From: Candidatus Moraniibacteriota bacterium
GTDB taxonomy: Bacteria > Patescibacteriota > Minisyncoccia > Moranbacterales > UBA2206
DNA: 45,768 bases
Assembly (NCBI GenBank): GCA_049303795.1
Contig: JBAQNM010000004.1
Span: 141,690-187,457 of the forward strand
Direction of reading: 5' to 3'
The notes under the pieces were generated by a model. That model was not told the DNA's origin. It ran no database searches and was given only the letters and a program-made list of their open reading frames with translations. This document shows, piece after piece, positions 26,159 to 36,119 of the stretch (the stretch's first letter is position 1; the number at the start of each line of letters is the position of its first letter). A program made the position numbers and the translations under genes.

Positions 26159-27274
26159 TCAGGGAATTATATATTTTTTATGATGCTTTGTTAAATTCTC
26201 GCAACCGTTTTTTGTCACCACCACCAGATCTTCAATCCGCACTCCGCCAATTTCAGGATAATACAAGCCTGGTTCGACAGAAAAAATATTCCCCTCTTCC
26301 AACGTAGCTTGCGAAAATTTATTTAAATAGGGATCTTCATGCAAATCAATTCCCAGGCCATGCCCCGTTCCATGTACGAAACCGCGATCACCCGCATGAA
26401 AACCGCGTGCCAAAAAAATATCCACGCAAAGTTGATAAATTTCCTTGCCTGTTTTTCCCGGACGAATAGCCGAGATGGCTTTTTCCTGTGCCTCCAAAAC
26501 CGCTCTATATATATATTTTATTTCTTTCGATGGAGTGCCTTTGACATACGTGCGGGTCATGTCGCAAAAATAATTATTAATTTTACTAACTGGAAAGATA
26601 TCACAAATAATTGTTTGGTTTGGTCTAAGAATTCCAGCGCCCTCGTGATGCGGAATAGCCGCCTGAGCTCCACAAGAAATAATCATCCCATACACGTTCA
26701 TTAAATCCTGTTGTAATAAAATTAACTCCACTTCTTTTTTCAATATTTCACTAGTCAGTGTTTTATTTTTATACTTAATCTCATCACCTTTGATTTTGCT
26801 CTCCTTGAGAATTTTTTCTATATGATCAAAAGCCTTGCAAAGTCGGCGCATATTTTCTCGGACATTTTCCACCTCTTCTTTTGTTTTATTTTCCCGCTCA
26901 GGAAAAAAAGGATTTTGCGGAATCAATTTCACTCCTTTTGCTCGCAAAAAATCAGCCATATCCAATGGAAAACTATTTGGCACGAAAATCTTTTTCCCGA
27001 TCAGCTTATATTTTTTCAAAAGCAATAAGGCCAATTTATTCGCTTGAGTGGTTTTAGTTTTATTTTTTGACGCCTCCAAAAGCAAAGGATTAAGTAGGAC
27101 AGCTTCGATTTTTGGATTTTTGTTTTTTTCTTTGAAAACTTCCAATTCACGATGATCAAGAAAAACATATTTCTTATCATCAATATCAAGATAGAAAAAA
27201 GGGTCATGCGCGCTGGCCTTTGTGGCATAAAACATATCACTATTTTTAACACTAGCGTAGATTAATTTTGGCAT
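26159..27274 (-). CDS. M24 family Xaa-Pro aminopeptidase/dipeptidase
   Basis: The ORF-track frame runs to 27304. I prefer ATG 27274, preceded by AAGGAAAGGA. Landmarks: HGTGHGLGIDLHEDP, SVEPGLY, GGVRIEDLVVVT. Confidence 0.9.
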   Translation of the reverse strand: MPKLIYASVKNSDMFYATKASAHDPFFYLDIDDKKYVFLDHRELEVFKEKNKNPKIEAVLLNPLLLEASKNKTKTTQANKLALLLLKKYKLIGKKIFVPNSFPLDMADFLRAKGVKLIPQNPFFPERENKTKEEVENVRENMRRLCKAFDHIEKILKESKIKGDEIKYKNKTLTSEILKKEVELILLQQDLMNVYGMIISCGAQAAIPHHEGAGILRPNQTIICDIFPVSKINNYFCDMTRTYVKGTPSKEIKYIYRAVLEAQEKAISAIRPGKTGKEIYQLCVDIFLARGFHAGDRGFVHGTGHGLGIDLHEDPYLNKFSQATLEEGNIFSVEPGLYYPEIGGVRIEDLVVVTKNGCENLTKHHKKYIIP

Positions 27275-27293
27275 ATATCCTTTCCTTAAATTA

Positions 27294-27659
27294 TTATTCG
27301 ACAATATGATTTTGCGATTTGTCCCAAGCGGGAGAAATGAAATCCATCGATTTAGCTTTCCCCACTAAGCGATGTTTTGTGCCAGGCAAAATCATAAATA
27401 AATCACCAGCTTCTAATTTATAAAATTTTCCATCAGCTTCTAATTTAAGACTGCCTTCTAATATGAAAATTGTTTCCGTGCATCTATCATTTATTGCATA
27501 ATTCTTCTCTGGAAAAACTCCATCCATCTCGACAGTGACAATTGTTTGATCGCCAAGTGGACTGGAAGGATAAATTGCTCCACTTGTGCCACCAGGAATA
27601 CTAAATTTTTGCACATCTTTCTTTTTATAAAACATATAATTTATTTTTAAAAAATCCAC
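27294..27659 (-). CDS. Cupin domain protein
   Basis: 121 aa. ETIFILEGSLKLEADGKFYKLEAGDLFMILPGTKHRLVG. Confidence 0.8.
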   Translation of the reverse strand: MDFLKINYMFYKKKDVQKFSIPGGTSGAIYPSSPLGDQTIVTVEMDGVFPEKNYAINDRCTETIFILEGSLKLEADGKFYKLEAGDLFMILPGTKHRLVGKAKSMDFISPAWDKSQNHIVE

Positions 27660-27713
27660 TTAATATATTCATCCTAACAAAATAATTAACAAAATAAAAG
27701 TCTTAAAATAAAT

Positions 27714-27748
27714 AGACCCGAAGTAGCGCAATAGCGCTACCTGGGTCT
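27714..27748 (-). terminator. Hairpin downstream of the GC-richer orphan gene
   Basis: Plus strand: AGACCCGAAGTAGCGC-aat-aGCGCTACCTGGGTCT. On the minus strand it is followed by ATTTATTTTAAG. Confidence 0.5.
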
Positions 27749-27771
27749 TTTGGGTTATATTACACCCTTTT

Positions 27772-29133
27772 TTAATATGTCCGCTTCGTACAAATGGTCG
27801 GATGGTCCGAATACATACTGTTGAAAGCCTGCATTTTAGGTCGATCACCGGCAATTTGCAGAAAAGGTTTATTGGAAAAATCCTCTGCCAGGACACGTCC
27901 CATTGCGCAATATTCAGCGCCTTGGGAAATCACCAACTGTTCCAATTCATGGTCAGTGAAATCCTTGCCATACCAGGCGCAATAAAAACTCTTACTGGCC
28001 TTAGTGATGAATCTGACAACTTCCGTCATCGGACTCTTTCCGGTATTTTGCTTGATGTCACCGAAATTGCCCTTTTTCATTTGTTCATGAGCTTCATGGA
28101 TGTATTTATTCCATCTGCCATTAGCCCATCCAGCCTCAAACATACGCAGCTCCATCGGAATATCAGGTGAAAGTGCTTTTTGAAATTCGCCCAAAGAAAG
28201 CATGCAACGCAGAATAAATTCATCTCGCGAAAGGCCCACTCTTTGCAGAACATCATCGGAGTTGGCTTCGAAATCACCAATACTGAGAATGAATTTATGT
28301 TTGATCCCGAAAGCTTTGAAAAACTCATGCAACTTTGGTACTGTGCGCACAAACTGTTGTGCTACCAAACCAACGCCACTTCCAACACTGTCAAAAGTGT
28401 AGCGATATGGTACTTCCGGGTCGCCGGTCGGCTCATAGGCATAGTCTGGGCAAAATGCGCCGGTGACTATAATTTCTTCGCCATTCAATCCGCGTAAGAT
28501 AACATTGATCAACTGGTTAATCTCTTTTGAAGGCGGGAAAATAAAATCCGCCTCGATCAACGTTTTCGCCAGCGCCAAACCGCAATCCTTGCCCAATTCG
28601 CTTTTGAGCACCCTTGCTTTTCGTGCGACATGGGCAGGAACACTACTCTCAACAGGAGCCGCTTCAATCGCAGCCAGACCGATAGGCACAGCTTGACCAC
28701 TTTCATCACAGAAATTTGCGAGGAAATCGATGCCATTATTGCGAGCAGTTCCTGTGGCGCCTTCCTTGATCCGGAAATCAAATACATCTTGTCCGAATAT
28801 AGAACGCGCTACCCACCAGGCCAGAATGTTTTTCGGCCAAACTCCGCCAGCATTAATGCTTGGCAGCTGGAGACTCAACTCCTCAAAAATTTTCGAGGAA
28901 CTCCATGCTGCAGCTTTTAACGGACAAAACTCCGATGGTGATTTGATCGGGTTGTAGGCTTCGGCAAAAATCATCGCATCCTGTTCCGGAATCATCAATT
29001 GATTTTGGAAATAATACCGAAGAACTTCCCTGCCTTCATTTTTAAAAATCAAGTAAATCTTTTCTGCGATCCGACACATCTCTGATCGTTGATCTTGAAT
29101 CTGAGCTTGAACTAATCCTGTTTGTCGTTCCAT
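27772..29133 (-). CDS. Hypothetical protein of visibly atypical (higher-GC) composition, no family recognised
   Basis: The ORF-track frame is 27772..29262 from a TTG. I prefer ATG 29133, preceded by GAAGGGGTGGAAAG. More than 10 spurious overlapping ORFs of 60 aa or longer in other frames show local stop-codon depletion. Notable segment: VTGAFCPDYAYEPTGDPEVPYRYTFDSVGSGVGLVAQQF. Confidence 0.7.
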   Translation of the reverse strand: MERQTGLVQAQIQDQRSEMCRIAEKIYLIFKNEGREVLRYYFQNQLMIPEQDAMIFAEAYNPIKSPSEFCPLKAAAWSSSKIFEELSLQLPSINAGGVWPKNILAWWVARSIFGQDVFDFRIKEGATGTARNNGIDFLANFCDESGQAVPIGLAAIEAAPVESSVPAHVARKARVLKSELGKDCGLALAKTLIEADFIFPPSKEINQLINVILRGLNGEEIIVTGAFCPDYAYEPTGDPEVPYRYTFDSVGSGVGLVAQQFVRTVPKLHEFFKAFGIKHKFILSIGDFEANSDDVLQRVGLSRDEFILRCMLSLGEFQKALSPDIPMELRMFEAGWANGRWNKYIHEAHEQMKKGNFGDIKQNTGKSPMTEVVRFITKASKSFYCAWYGKDFTDHELEQLVISQGAEYCAMGRVLAEDFSNKPFLQIAGDRPKMQAFNSMYSDHPTICTKRTY

Positions 29134-29268
29134 CTTTCCACCCCTTCTTTTTTCTTGATATTGTTTGTAATATTCCTCGGCCAATCCGAGAAAAGGTAAA
29201 ATATATACTAAAGCCCTTTTTAAGCTGTAATTTTCATCATGATTTTTCCAATATTTTTTCAAAGAACT

Positions 29269-29298
29269 AAAAAACCGGACTCCTTGGAGACCGGTTTT
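29269..29298 (-). terminator. Intrinsic terminator
   Basis: Minus strand: AAAACCGG-T-CTCC-aa-GGAG-T-CCGG-TTTTTT. Confidence 0.7.
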
Positions 29299-29323
29299 GG
29301 TTTAGGGAAAATGTTTTTTACTC

Positions 29324-29434
29324 CTATGCAATGAGTTTCATTTTCAATAAGCCAAAACCGACCTGGAACATCCAGACCATAATAAACAACGGCAAGCAAT
29401 AGTGATGAGTTGTTTTGGCAATTATCTTTCGCAT
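29324..29434 (-). CDS. Candidate 36-codon hydrophobic small ORF
   Basis: My translation is MRKIIAKTTHHYCLPLFIMVWMFQVGFGLLKMKLIA*. It lies between a promoter-like element (29464-29492) and the terminator (29269-29298). No Shine-Dalgarno site. Confidence 0.35.
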   Translation of the reverse strand: MRKIIAKTTHHYCLPLFIMVWMFQVGFGLLKMKLIA

Positions 29435-29463
29435 AAAACTAAATAACTTTATAACTAATGACT

Positions 29464-29492
29464 AGATTAGCAAATCCCTTTTTTTCTGTCAA
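29464..29492 (-). promoter_or_regulatory. Sigma-70-type promoter-like element (TTGACA-17 nt-TAATCT) just downstream of rpoD
   Basis: Minus strand: catacTTGACAgaaaaaaagggatttgcTAATCTagtc. Confidence 0.45.
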
Positions 29493-29500
29493 GTATGATT

Positions 29501-30979
29501 TTAATAATCTCTCAATTTTTTGATATTTTTGTGATCGCGAATTTTTTCCAAAGCTTTGGCTTCAATTTGGCGAATACGTTCACGCGTCACACCAAATTCC
29601 TGCCCCACTTCTTCCAAAGTATGAGTAACACCATCTTCCAAGCCAAATCTAATTTTCAAGATTTTTTGTTCGCGCGGAGTCAATTCTTTAAGAATTTCAT
29701 TAACATGTTCTTTCAGCATTTTACGTGAAGCGATTTGATTTGGCATCACAGTTTCCGTGTCTTCTACAAAATCTCCCAAAACACTGTCATCATCGCTATC
29801 TCCGACTGTCGTTTCCAGGGAAACTGTCTCTTGAGAAATTTTTTGGATGTGTCTGATTTTTTCCACTTCCACGCCCATCTCCACAGCAATCTCTTCTGGC
29901 AAGGGCTCTCGTCCCAAATCTTGCACAAGACGACGTGTGATTTGAGTATATTTATTAATCGTTTCTACCATATGCACAGGGATACGAATTGTCCTCGATT
30001 GATCAGCCAATGCTCGTGTTACTGCTTGGCGAATCCACCAAGTGGCATAAGTGGAAAATTTATAACCCTTACGATAATCAAATTTCTCCACTGCACGAAA
30101 AAGTCCAATATTACCTTCTTGAATTAAATCCAAGAGAGAAAGATTGTGTGAACGACCAACATATTTTTTAGCGATGCTTACCACCAATCGCAAATTCGCT
30201 TCGGTCAATTTTTGCTTGGCAGCCAAATCTTCTTTTTCAATTCTCTTAGCAAGAGAAACTTCTTCTTCTGTGGAAAGCAAACTCACGCGCCCAATTTCAC
30301 GCAAATACATCTGCACCAAGTCCGATGAAACATCTTCGGAAATTCCATTAGCATAATTTTCATTGCGCGTCCGTCCGCCTTTTTTAGCTGGCTTTTCTTT
30401 TTCAAAATCTTCTGACAACTTATCTGTTTCAAATTTAATCATCTCTTCCGAGCTGATCACTTTGATACTGCTTTTTTCCAAATTTTCATATAACTCTTCC
30501 AGTTTTTCAATATCACGTTCCACATCAGGAAACGTGTGCAAGATCTCATCTTCCGTAATAAATCCGCGCTGTTTTGAACGATAGACCAGATCTTCAATAA
30601 CGTTTCTCTTTTGCTCTGTTTGAGTAGGCACGTTTGTATCATTATCTTCTTTCCTGCTTACAGAAGAGCTTGTATGAATACTTCTCTTTTTTAATTCTTT
30701 CTTGCTTACCGCCTTAGTTTCTTTTTTGGGTTTGATTTTAATTGTAAATCTTCCTGCTGTACGATTCGAAATTGGTTTTTTTTCGTCTTTTTTCTTGGCC
30801 TTTTTCTTAGCTTTAATTATTTTTTTCACAATTTTTTTATTTTTTATAGCCTTGCCTTTTAATTTTTTTAAACTCTTTTTTTTATCTTGCATAATACTTT
30901 TAGTTTTCTTAGAAACATTTCGCTTAATTTTTTGCTTATTCTTTTTCACTATTTTTTTCACGACTTTTTTATTGGCCAT
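29501..30979 (-). CDS. rpoD: RNA polymerase primary sigma factor (sigma-70 family) with Lys-rich N-terminal extension
   Basis: 492 aa. [87 protein letters not shown]. The first ~100 aa are KK-rich. Confidence 0.95.
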   Translation of the reverse strand: MANKKVVKKIVKKNKQKIKRNVSKKTKSIMQDKKKSLKKLKGKAIKNKKIVKKIIKAKKKAKKKDEKKPISNRTAGRFTIKIKPKKETKAVSKKELKKRSIHTSSSVSRKEDNDTNVPTQTEQKRNVIEDLVYRSKQRGFITEDEILHTFPDVERDIEKLEELYENLEKSSIKVISSEEMIKFETDKLSEDFEKEKPAKKGGRTRNENYANGISEDVSSDLVQMYLREIGRVSLLSTEEEVSLAKRIEKEDLAAKQKLTEANLRLVVSIAKKYVGRSHNLSLLDLIQEGNIGLFRAVEKFDYRKGYKFSTYATWWIRQAVTRALADQSRTIRIPVHMVETINKYTQITRRLVQDLGREPLPEEIAVEMGVEVEKIRHIQKISQETVSLETTVGDSDDDSVLGDFVEDTETVMPNQIASRKMLKEHVNEILKELTPREQKILKIRFGLEDGVTHTLEEVGQEFGVTRERIRQIEAKALEKIRDHKNIKKLRDY

Positions 30980-30996
30980 AAAATTTATTAAAAAAA

Positions 30997-32793
30997 TTAT
31001 AAAGATAAAATTTTCTCAAATTCCTCACGTAAAAATTTAATTGCTATTTTATCCCCCCGTTTTTCTGCTAGCTTAAGATCTTTTTCAACTTTGGTTAATT
31101 TATTTTTTTTAATTTCTTTTTGTATTTCCGCTAAAACAACCTCGACTTCTTTTTGTGATTCATCAGATAATATTTCTTCTAAGGTGTTATTTAGTCCTAG
31201 GCGAAATTTCTTGCGAAAAAAAAGCTTTTCTGCCCTTAGCCCAATTTCTCTATCAACCCCTCCAGAAAATTTACTAAAATCGAAAGAGAATTTCTCTCCT
31301 TGTTCGAGCATTAATTTAAGAAGATTATCCCGAAAAAAATAATCGTAATCTTCTTTTTTGACAACTAAATCCCTCCAGACATTCGGAAGGATCAGCATAA
31401 GGCCGGCAAGTTCTTCAAGTAAAATATCAATTTTTTGACGATCTGCAATTTGAGCAAGTTCGTCTACTTGAGTCTGAACTTTCGCCGGAATTCTTTCTCC
31501 TATCCTAACCTTTTTTAACTCATCCGTCAACACGCCCTCGCTAACATCCAATTCGCTGGCTATTTTTTTTATCCAATGACTTTTTTCAATTTCATTAGTG
31601 AATTCTGCAATCATCTCTAAGAGTGTTTCACTGATTTTCTTTTTGTCCTCTACTTTATTTTTATCATAACGAGAAAAAGCCTTGTCAAAGAGATATTCCA
31701 TGGCACTTTTAGCTTTTTTCACCGCCAACAATAATTCTTGCGGTTTATTCCTAGCTACCTCCGCCGCATCCTTACCAAAAGGCAACTCCACAATTTGCAC
31801 AGAAATATCTTTGGCAAAACATAGCTTAATACTTTTTCTAGTTGCCGCCTCGCCAGCCTCATCCATATCAAAAAGCATTTTCAAGTTTTTAGTATAGCGC
31901 TTTAAAATATCCAACTGCGTCGACGTGAGCGCTGTGCCAGAAACTGCCACCACATTTTTTATGCCCGCCTGGAAACTGGCAATCACATCCATATTGCCCT
32001 CAACCAAAAGTACGAAATCTTCTTTTCTAATTTCCGCCTTGGCTTTATCGATTCCATAAAGAGCTTTGCTTTTGTGATAAATTTCCGTTTCTGGCGAATT
32101 GACATATTTAGCTTGTGATTCATCACCACCAGGGGCAACTCTCGCACTATAACCTAGAACTTTTCCAGAATAATCACAAATCGGAAAAATTATTCTATCT
32201 CTAAAACGATCATAGTAATCTAAATTATTTTTATCTCGTATTTTTTCCACTAAGAGCCCGGTTTTTGAAATTTCTTCTGGTTTATAACCCCGCTTAATCA
32301 AAAAATCTAGAACATTACGCCAGCCCTTTGGCGCATAACCCAAGCGAAATTCTTTAATTGATTTATCATCAAGCCCTCGTTCTTCCAGATAATTTATTAT
32401 TTTTGATTTGCCTGCACCCTTCCAAAGTTGAATTTCATAAAATTTAGTAGCCAATTCTAGAATTTCCAAAGTGCGATTTTTTTTCTCAACCACTCCTGGT
32501 GCACTTTTAGTTAGCTCCACACCAGCTCTTTCCGCCAGAAATTTTAGCGCGTCATAAAATTCCATCCCTTCAATTTCCATTACAAAAGAAAAAATATCCC
32601 CGCCTTTTTGACAACCAAAACAATGCCAAATCTGCTTCTCTTCATTAATCATAAAAGATGGGCTTTTTTCATTATGAAAAGGACAGAGTGCTCGATAATT
32701 AGCCCCTGCCTTGTCTAGTCGCAGATACCCACCCAAAACATCCACGATGTTCAAGCGATTTTTGATTTCCTCAAGATCTGTGCTCATAGTCAT
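30997..32793 (-). CDS. dnaG: DNA primase
   Basis: 598 aa. Zinc finger [45 protein letters not shown]. Lies directly upstream of rpoD. Confidence 0.95.
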   Translation of the reverse strand: MTMSTDLEEIKNRLNIVDVLGGYLRLDKAGANYRALCPFHNEKSPSFMINEEKQIWHCFGCQKGGDIFSFVMEIEGMEFYDALKFLAERAGVELTKSAPGVVEKKNRTLEILELATKFYEIQLWKGAGKSKIINYLEERGLDDKSIKEFRLGYAPKGWRNVLDFLIKRGYKPEEISKTGLLVEKIRDKNNLDYYDRFRDRIIFPICDYSGKVLGYSARVAPGGDESQAKYVNSPETEIYHKSKALYGIDKAKAEIRKEDFVLLVEGNMDVIASFQAGIKNVVAVSGTALTSTQLDILKRYTKNLKMLFDMDEAGEAATRKSIKLCFAKDISVQIVELPFGKDAAEVARNKPQELLLAVKKAKSAMEYLFDKAFSRYDKNKVEDKKKISETLLEMIAEFTNEIEKSHWIKKIASELDVSEGVLTDELKKVRIGERIPAKVQTQVDELAQIADRQKIDILLEELAGLMLILPNVWRDLVVKKEDYDYFFRDNLLKLMLEQGEKFSFDFSKFSGGVDREIGLRAEKLFFRKKFRLGLNNTLEEILSDESQKEVEVVLAEIQKEIKKNKLTKVEKDLKLAEKRGDKIAIKFLREEFEKILSL

Positions 32794-32825
32794 ATCCTAC
32801 TACAAAGCCCCGAAATAAGCAAAAA

Positions 32826-33623
32826 CTAACCCAGTCTCTTTTTGGCAATTGCTTTTAACTCAGAATTAAACTCAGCTATAGCTTCATCAATCATTGGATC
32901 GAATTTTTTGTAAACTTCCTTTTTCTTAACCATAGTGCTCGCCTCCAAAAGAGAATCATACGTTCCGGCATCAAGCCAAGCGCCCTTGATTTTTTCCACA
33001 CTAAGCTCCCCCATTTTCATATAACGCTTATTGATATCCGTGACTTCAATTTCCCCGCGTCTGGATGGTTTTAAGCTCTTGGCAATTTTCACTACCCGAT
33101 TATCATAAACATAAAACCCGGTCACAGCAAAACTACTTTTTGGTTTTTCCGGCTTCTCTTCGATGGAAATAGCTTTGTCATTCTCATCAAATTCTACCAC
33201 ACCAAAACGTTCCGGGTCACTCACTTTTTTAGCAAAAACCAAACCGCCTGTTTCAAATTTTTTAATCTTCAAACTCAAATCATCTTCAAAGATATTATCG
33301 CCCAAAACCATCGCCACACTATCATCTCCAATAAAGGTTTCCCCTAAAATAAAAGCATCGGCCAGACCTTTAGGAATTTTTTGTACGCGAAATTCCAAAT
33401 GAATTCCTAAATCTTCAAAAATTGATCCCAAAAGATTGATGAATTGTCCAGAATGTTCAGGCGCAACAATAATTAGAATTTCTTTTATTCCAGCCTTAAT
33501 TAGCATGTTTAAAGGATAAAAAATCATCTGCCGATCATAGACTGGCAAAAGTTGTTTGCTTGTTGTTGCTGTGAGTGGGAAAAGCCGAGTAGCTGTTCCA
33601 CCAGCTAAAATTATACCTTTCAT
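32826..33623 (-). CDS. rmlA: Glucose-1-phosphate thymidylyltransferase-like sugar nucleotidyltransferase (short form)
   Basis: 265 aa. [52 protein letters not shown]. Confidence 0.75.
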   Translation of the reverse strand: MKGIILAGGTATRLFPLTATTSKQLLPVYDRQMIFYPLNMLIKAGIKEILIIVAPEHSGQFINLLGSIFEDLGIHLEFRVQKIPKGLADAFILGETFIGDDSVAMVLGDNIFEDDLSLKIKKFETGGLVFAKKVSDPERFGVVEFDENDKAISIEEKPEKPKSSFAVTGFYVYDNRVVKIAKSLKPSRRGEIEVTDINKRYMKMGELSVEKIKGAWLDAGTYDSLLEASTMVKKKEVYKKFDPMIDEAIAEFNSELKAIAKKRLG

Positions 33624-33741
33624 AAATTTTAATCAATTATGATATTTATAGCTTATTTATCTATTAACAATCAACTTGTTTAAAAAATCAAACTTGACTA
33701 CAATCTAACATTATTTATACCAAAAATCAATCAACCAAATG

Positions 33742-33775
33742 AAAAAAGCCAGTTCTAGTAACACTAGAACTGGCC
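33742..33775 (-). terminator. Intrinsic terminator after the 3D-domain gene
   Basis: Perfect 12-bp stem GCCAGTTCTAGT-aac-ACTAGAACTGGC, followed on the minus strand by TTTTTT. Confidence 0.8.
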
Positions 33776-33829
33776 ATGATTATTATGAAGAAAAATGAAA
33801 AAATAGAATTGAATTTAAAAGGTTTAGGT

Positions 33830-34432
33830 TTAATTTTTTGCCAGCCAGATAATTTTAATTTGTATTTTCTGACGGCCCCATTCCATCGAATTATCATAAG
33901 CACCTTTTCCAGTCCCCATAAATAAATCAATCCGATGATTTTTTATGTCGCTGCCCCTATCATCAACAACACCCTTTCCATACCCAGGAACAAAAAGGAT
34001 TGTTCCTCTGGGAAAAACTCTGGTATCTGCCGCAATTGTACCTATTCTAGGAATAGTTCCAAAAGCAGTTCTCTCGCCTTTTCCATTTCTCCAGAGCGCT
34101 TTATGATAATTCTTAATTCCTTTTGGGACTTTACAGTAAGCCGTAGCGACCACCGTCACCATTTCTTTTTTTATAAGTGGCTTTTTTAGCTTACTCTTTT
34201 CACAAAGAAAAAAAGGTTTTTCCTTGAGGGGAAAATATTCATTCCAATCATTCCAAGTTAAAACTCCTGCGAGATATGTTTTGATAAAATTGTTTCTCAG
34301 CTCTTCTCTTTTTAGAATAGAATTCAATCTATACTCATCAGCGTTATGATAAGCAAAAAGAGAAACCGCAAGAACTGTGCCGAAAAATAAGAACGCCAAA
34401 ACATTTTTTCTGGTTTTAATTTGATTTTCCAA
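33830..34432 (-). CDS. 3D-domain (MltA-like) cell-wall-associated protein
   Basis: 200 aa. TTG start preceded by AGGAGG. N-terminal TM. VVATAYC...TAFGTIPRIGTIAADTRVFPRGTILFVPGYGKGVVDDRGSDIKNHRIDLF. Confidence 0.8.
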   Translation of the reverse strand: MENQIKTRKNVLAFLFFGTVLAVSLFAYHNADEYRLNSILKREELRNNFIKTYLAGVLTWNDWNEYFPLKEKPFFLCEKSKLKKPLIKKEMVTVVATAYCKVPKGIKNYHKALWRNGKGERTAFGTIPRIGTIAADTRVFPRGTILFVPGYGKGVVDDRGSDIKNHRIDLFMGTGKGAYDNSMEWGRQKIQIKIIWLAKN

Positions 34433-34587
34433 AATTTCCTCCTATGTTGTAAATGTACTAAATTTTAAATTTAAATTAAATATATAAAAATAAATAAAAA
34501 AAACCTTTAGTAATACTAGCATGAGACTTAAAAATAATCAACCTTTACTATTATTTATTTTATTACCAAGAAATTTTTATTGTTTTA

Positions 34588-34596
34588 TGATATAAT
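34588..34596 (+). promoter_or_regulatory. Extended -10 element TGATATAAT
   Basis: ttttaTGaTATAATatagg, about 33 nt upstream of ATG 34629. Confidence 0.4.
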
Positions 34597-34628
34597 ATAG
34601 GCAACAAATTAATAGTTAAAAAAATAAA

Positions 34629-36119
34629 ATGGACCATATTAAAATTGCGAAAAAACATCTTCTTATGAATTTGCTTCTACTGTCTTGCGCTATGTTGCTG
34701 TTAGCAGTATATGCTTCTGGAATTCTAGCAAATAGCACGGTTGACCAACCGATAATATCCCAACCAAAAAGCACCCCAGTAGCTCCCAAAACAGAAAATA
34801 CTGGAGATATTGTCAAAGAAGATCCGGTAATACCCGTTGACACAAAAGAAATAACTGCGCCTGTAGTAACTAAAGATTCTACCGATACCACTAGCAACCC
34901 AGAAGAAACAACGGGAGATTCTAAATCTACTATTAGCGCTACACCGGAAAAAACAATTGCTCCCATTATAAATAGAACGGTAGACACGAGCACAAAAAGC
35001 CCCACGATTGATATCACTCCCAATTTAACCTTTTCCAACCTCTCTGATGGAAAAACTATCCAAAATGAAATAGCTATATTAGGAGAAGTCGAGATAGCCA
35101 AGAGCGTTGAGTTTTATTTAATTCTCGAAAACTCAAATACTAAAAAATATATCGGAACAGCCACAAGACAATCAGAAAACACATGGAAGCTCAATTTTGA
35201 TTCTAAAAACTTTCCCAATGGATCTTTTTCTTTGATTGCTAAAATTGAAAATATTTATGGCAGTTATGAAAGTGGTAGAGTAAAGATAATCATCAATAAT
35301 CCAACATCAACTGAAAATTCAACAAATACTGGATTAGCAAATAATCAAACACCAGAAGTGGGACAAGCACAACTGCCTAATTATAATGATCGAACATCAA
35401 CAGAGTGGCAAAAAAAATATTTTGGTAATGAATATTGCCAAAAAGAAATTTTTTGTGGTGGAAATGTAGATCCTGACAATGACAGTATAAGCAATAATGA
35501 AGAATTACGTTATAATTCAAACCCACTTAACCCAGATACTGATGGTGACGGATTTATCGATAGTGACGAGATAAAAAATGGATTTGATCCATTAAAATAT
35601 TCTTCTGGGGACGGAAGTGATAAAATAGTCTTTGAAAATCCTAAAGAAAATGGTGAAATTAAAAATGAACTCTATAAAATAACTAATATTGAATCAATTA
35701 CTGTTAACGATAAAAAACAAATAAAAATAACTGGTAAAGGACTACCTAATAGTTTTATTACAATTTATATATACAGCTCTCTTCCAATCATTTTAACAGT
35801 AAAAACAGACGAAAATGGTGACTGGTCCTATATACTTGATAAGCAACTCGATGATGGCAGCCATGAAGTTTATATTGCTATCACTGACAATACCGGAAAA
35901 ATTACCGCTAAAAGTGACCCCCTACCATTCGTAAGCATAGCAGGCGCGGTATCTATTAAAGATTTAGACAATCGTATTGAAGCAAGCACACCTCCGCTTC
36001 AAAGCCGCGCTAATTCTGATATGCTCTTAGTTGGTGCCATTATTCTTCTTTCACTTGGATTAGTCTTTTCTATTGTAAGCATAAACACTGTCTATAAAGC
36101 TACGAGGGAAAAAATATGA
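34629..36119 (+). CDS. Surface protein with signal/anchor, Thr/Pro/Ser-rich spacer, Ig-like domains, thrombospondin-type-3-like Ca-binding repeats and C-terminal TM anchor
   Basis: 496 aa. LLMNLLLLSCAMLLLAVYASGILA, DPDNDSISNNEELRYNSNPLNPDTDGDGFIDSDEIKNGFDPL, C-terminal MLLVGAIILLSLGLVFSIVSI. Confidence 0.75.
   Translation: MDHIKIAKKHLLMNLLLLSCAMLLLAVYASGILANSTVDQPIISQPKSTPVAPKTENTGDIVKEDPVIPVDTKEITAPVVTKDSTDTTSNPEETTGDSKSTISATPEKTIAPIINRTVDTSTKSPTIDITPNLTFSNLSDGKTIQNEIAILGEVEIAKSVEFYLILENSNTKKYIGTATRQSENTWKLNFDSKNFPNGSFSLIAKIENIYGSYESGRVKIIINNPTSTENSTNTGLANNQTPEVGQAQLPNYNDRTSTEWQKKYFGNEYCQKEIFCGGNVDPDNDSISNNEELRYNSNPLNPDTDGDGFIDSDEIKNGFDPLKYSSGDGSDKIVFENPKENGEIKNELYKITNIESITVNDKKQIKITGKGLPNSFITIYIYSSLPIILTVKTDENGDWSYILDKQLDDGSHEVYIAITDNTGKITAKSDPLPFVSIAGAVSIKDLDNRIEASTPPLQSRANSDMLLVGAIILLSLGLVFSIVSINTVYKATREKI

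Noticed and set aside
27794-28957. Cluster of about ten overlapping ORFs (60-122 aa) on both strands inside 27772..29262
   Set aside because: All are nested in one long frame with coherent protein-like sequence. Their abundance follows from locally higher GC and fewer stop codons. I used them only as evidence of atypical composition.
29134-29262. TTG-initiated 43-codon extension of the orphan gene
   Set aside because: The extension begins only 7 nt after the terminator T-tract at 29269. It has host-like AT-rich composition, and a good RBS+ATG exists at 29133. I keep it as an alternative, since I found no convincing promoter between 29133 and 29269.
33727-33930. 67-aa minus-strand ORF
   Set aside because: It overlaps the 3' end of the 3D-domain gene in another frame and runs through the strong terminator hairpin at 33748-33774.
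34616-35101. 161-aa minus-strand ORF antisense to the start of 34629..36119
   Set aside because: It is the low-complexity hydrophobic mirror of the Thr/Pro/Ser-rich spacer. The plus-strand frame has a signal/anchor, recognisable repeats and continues for 496 aa.
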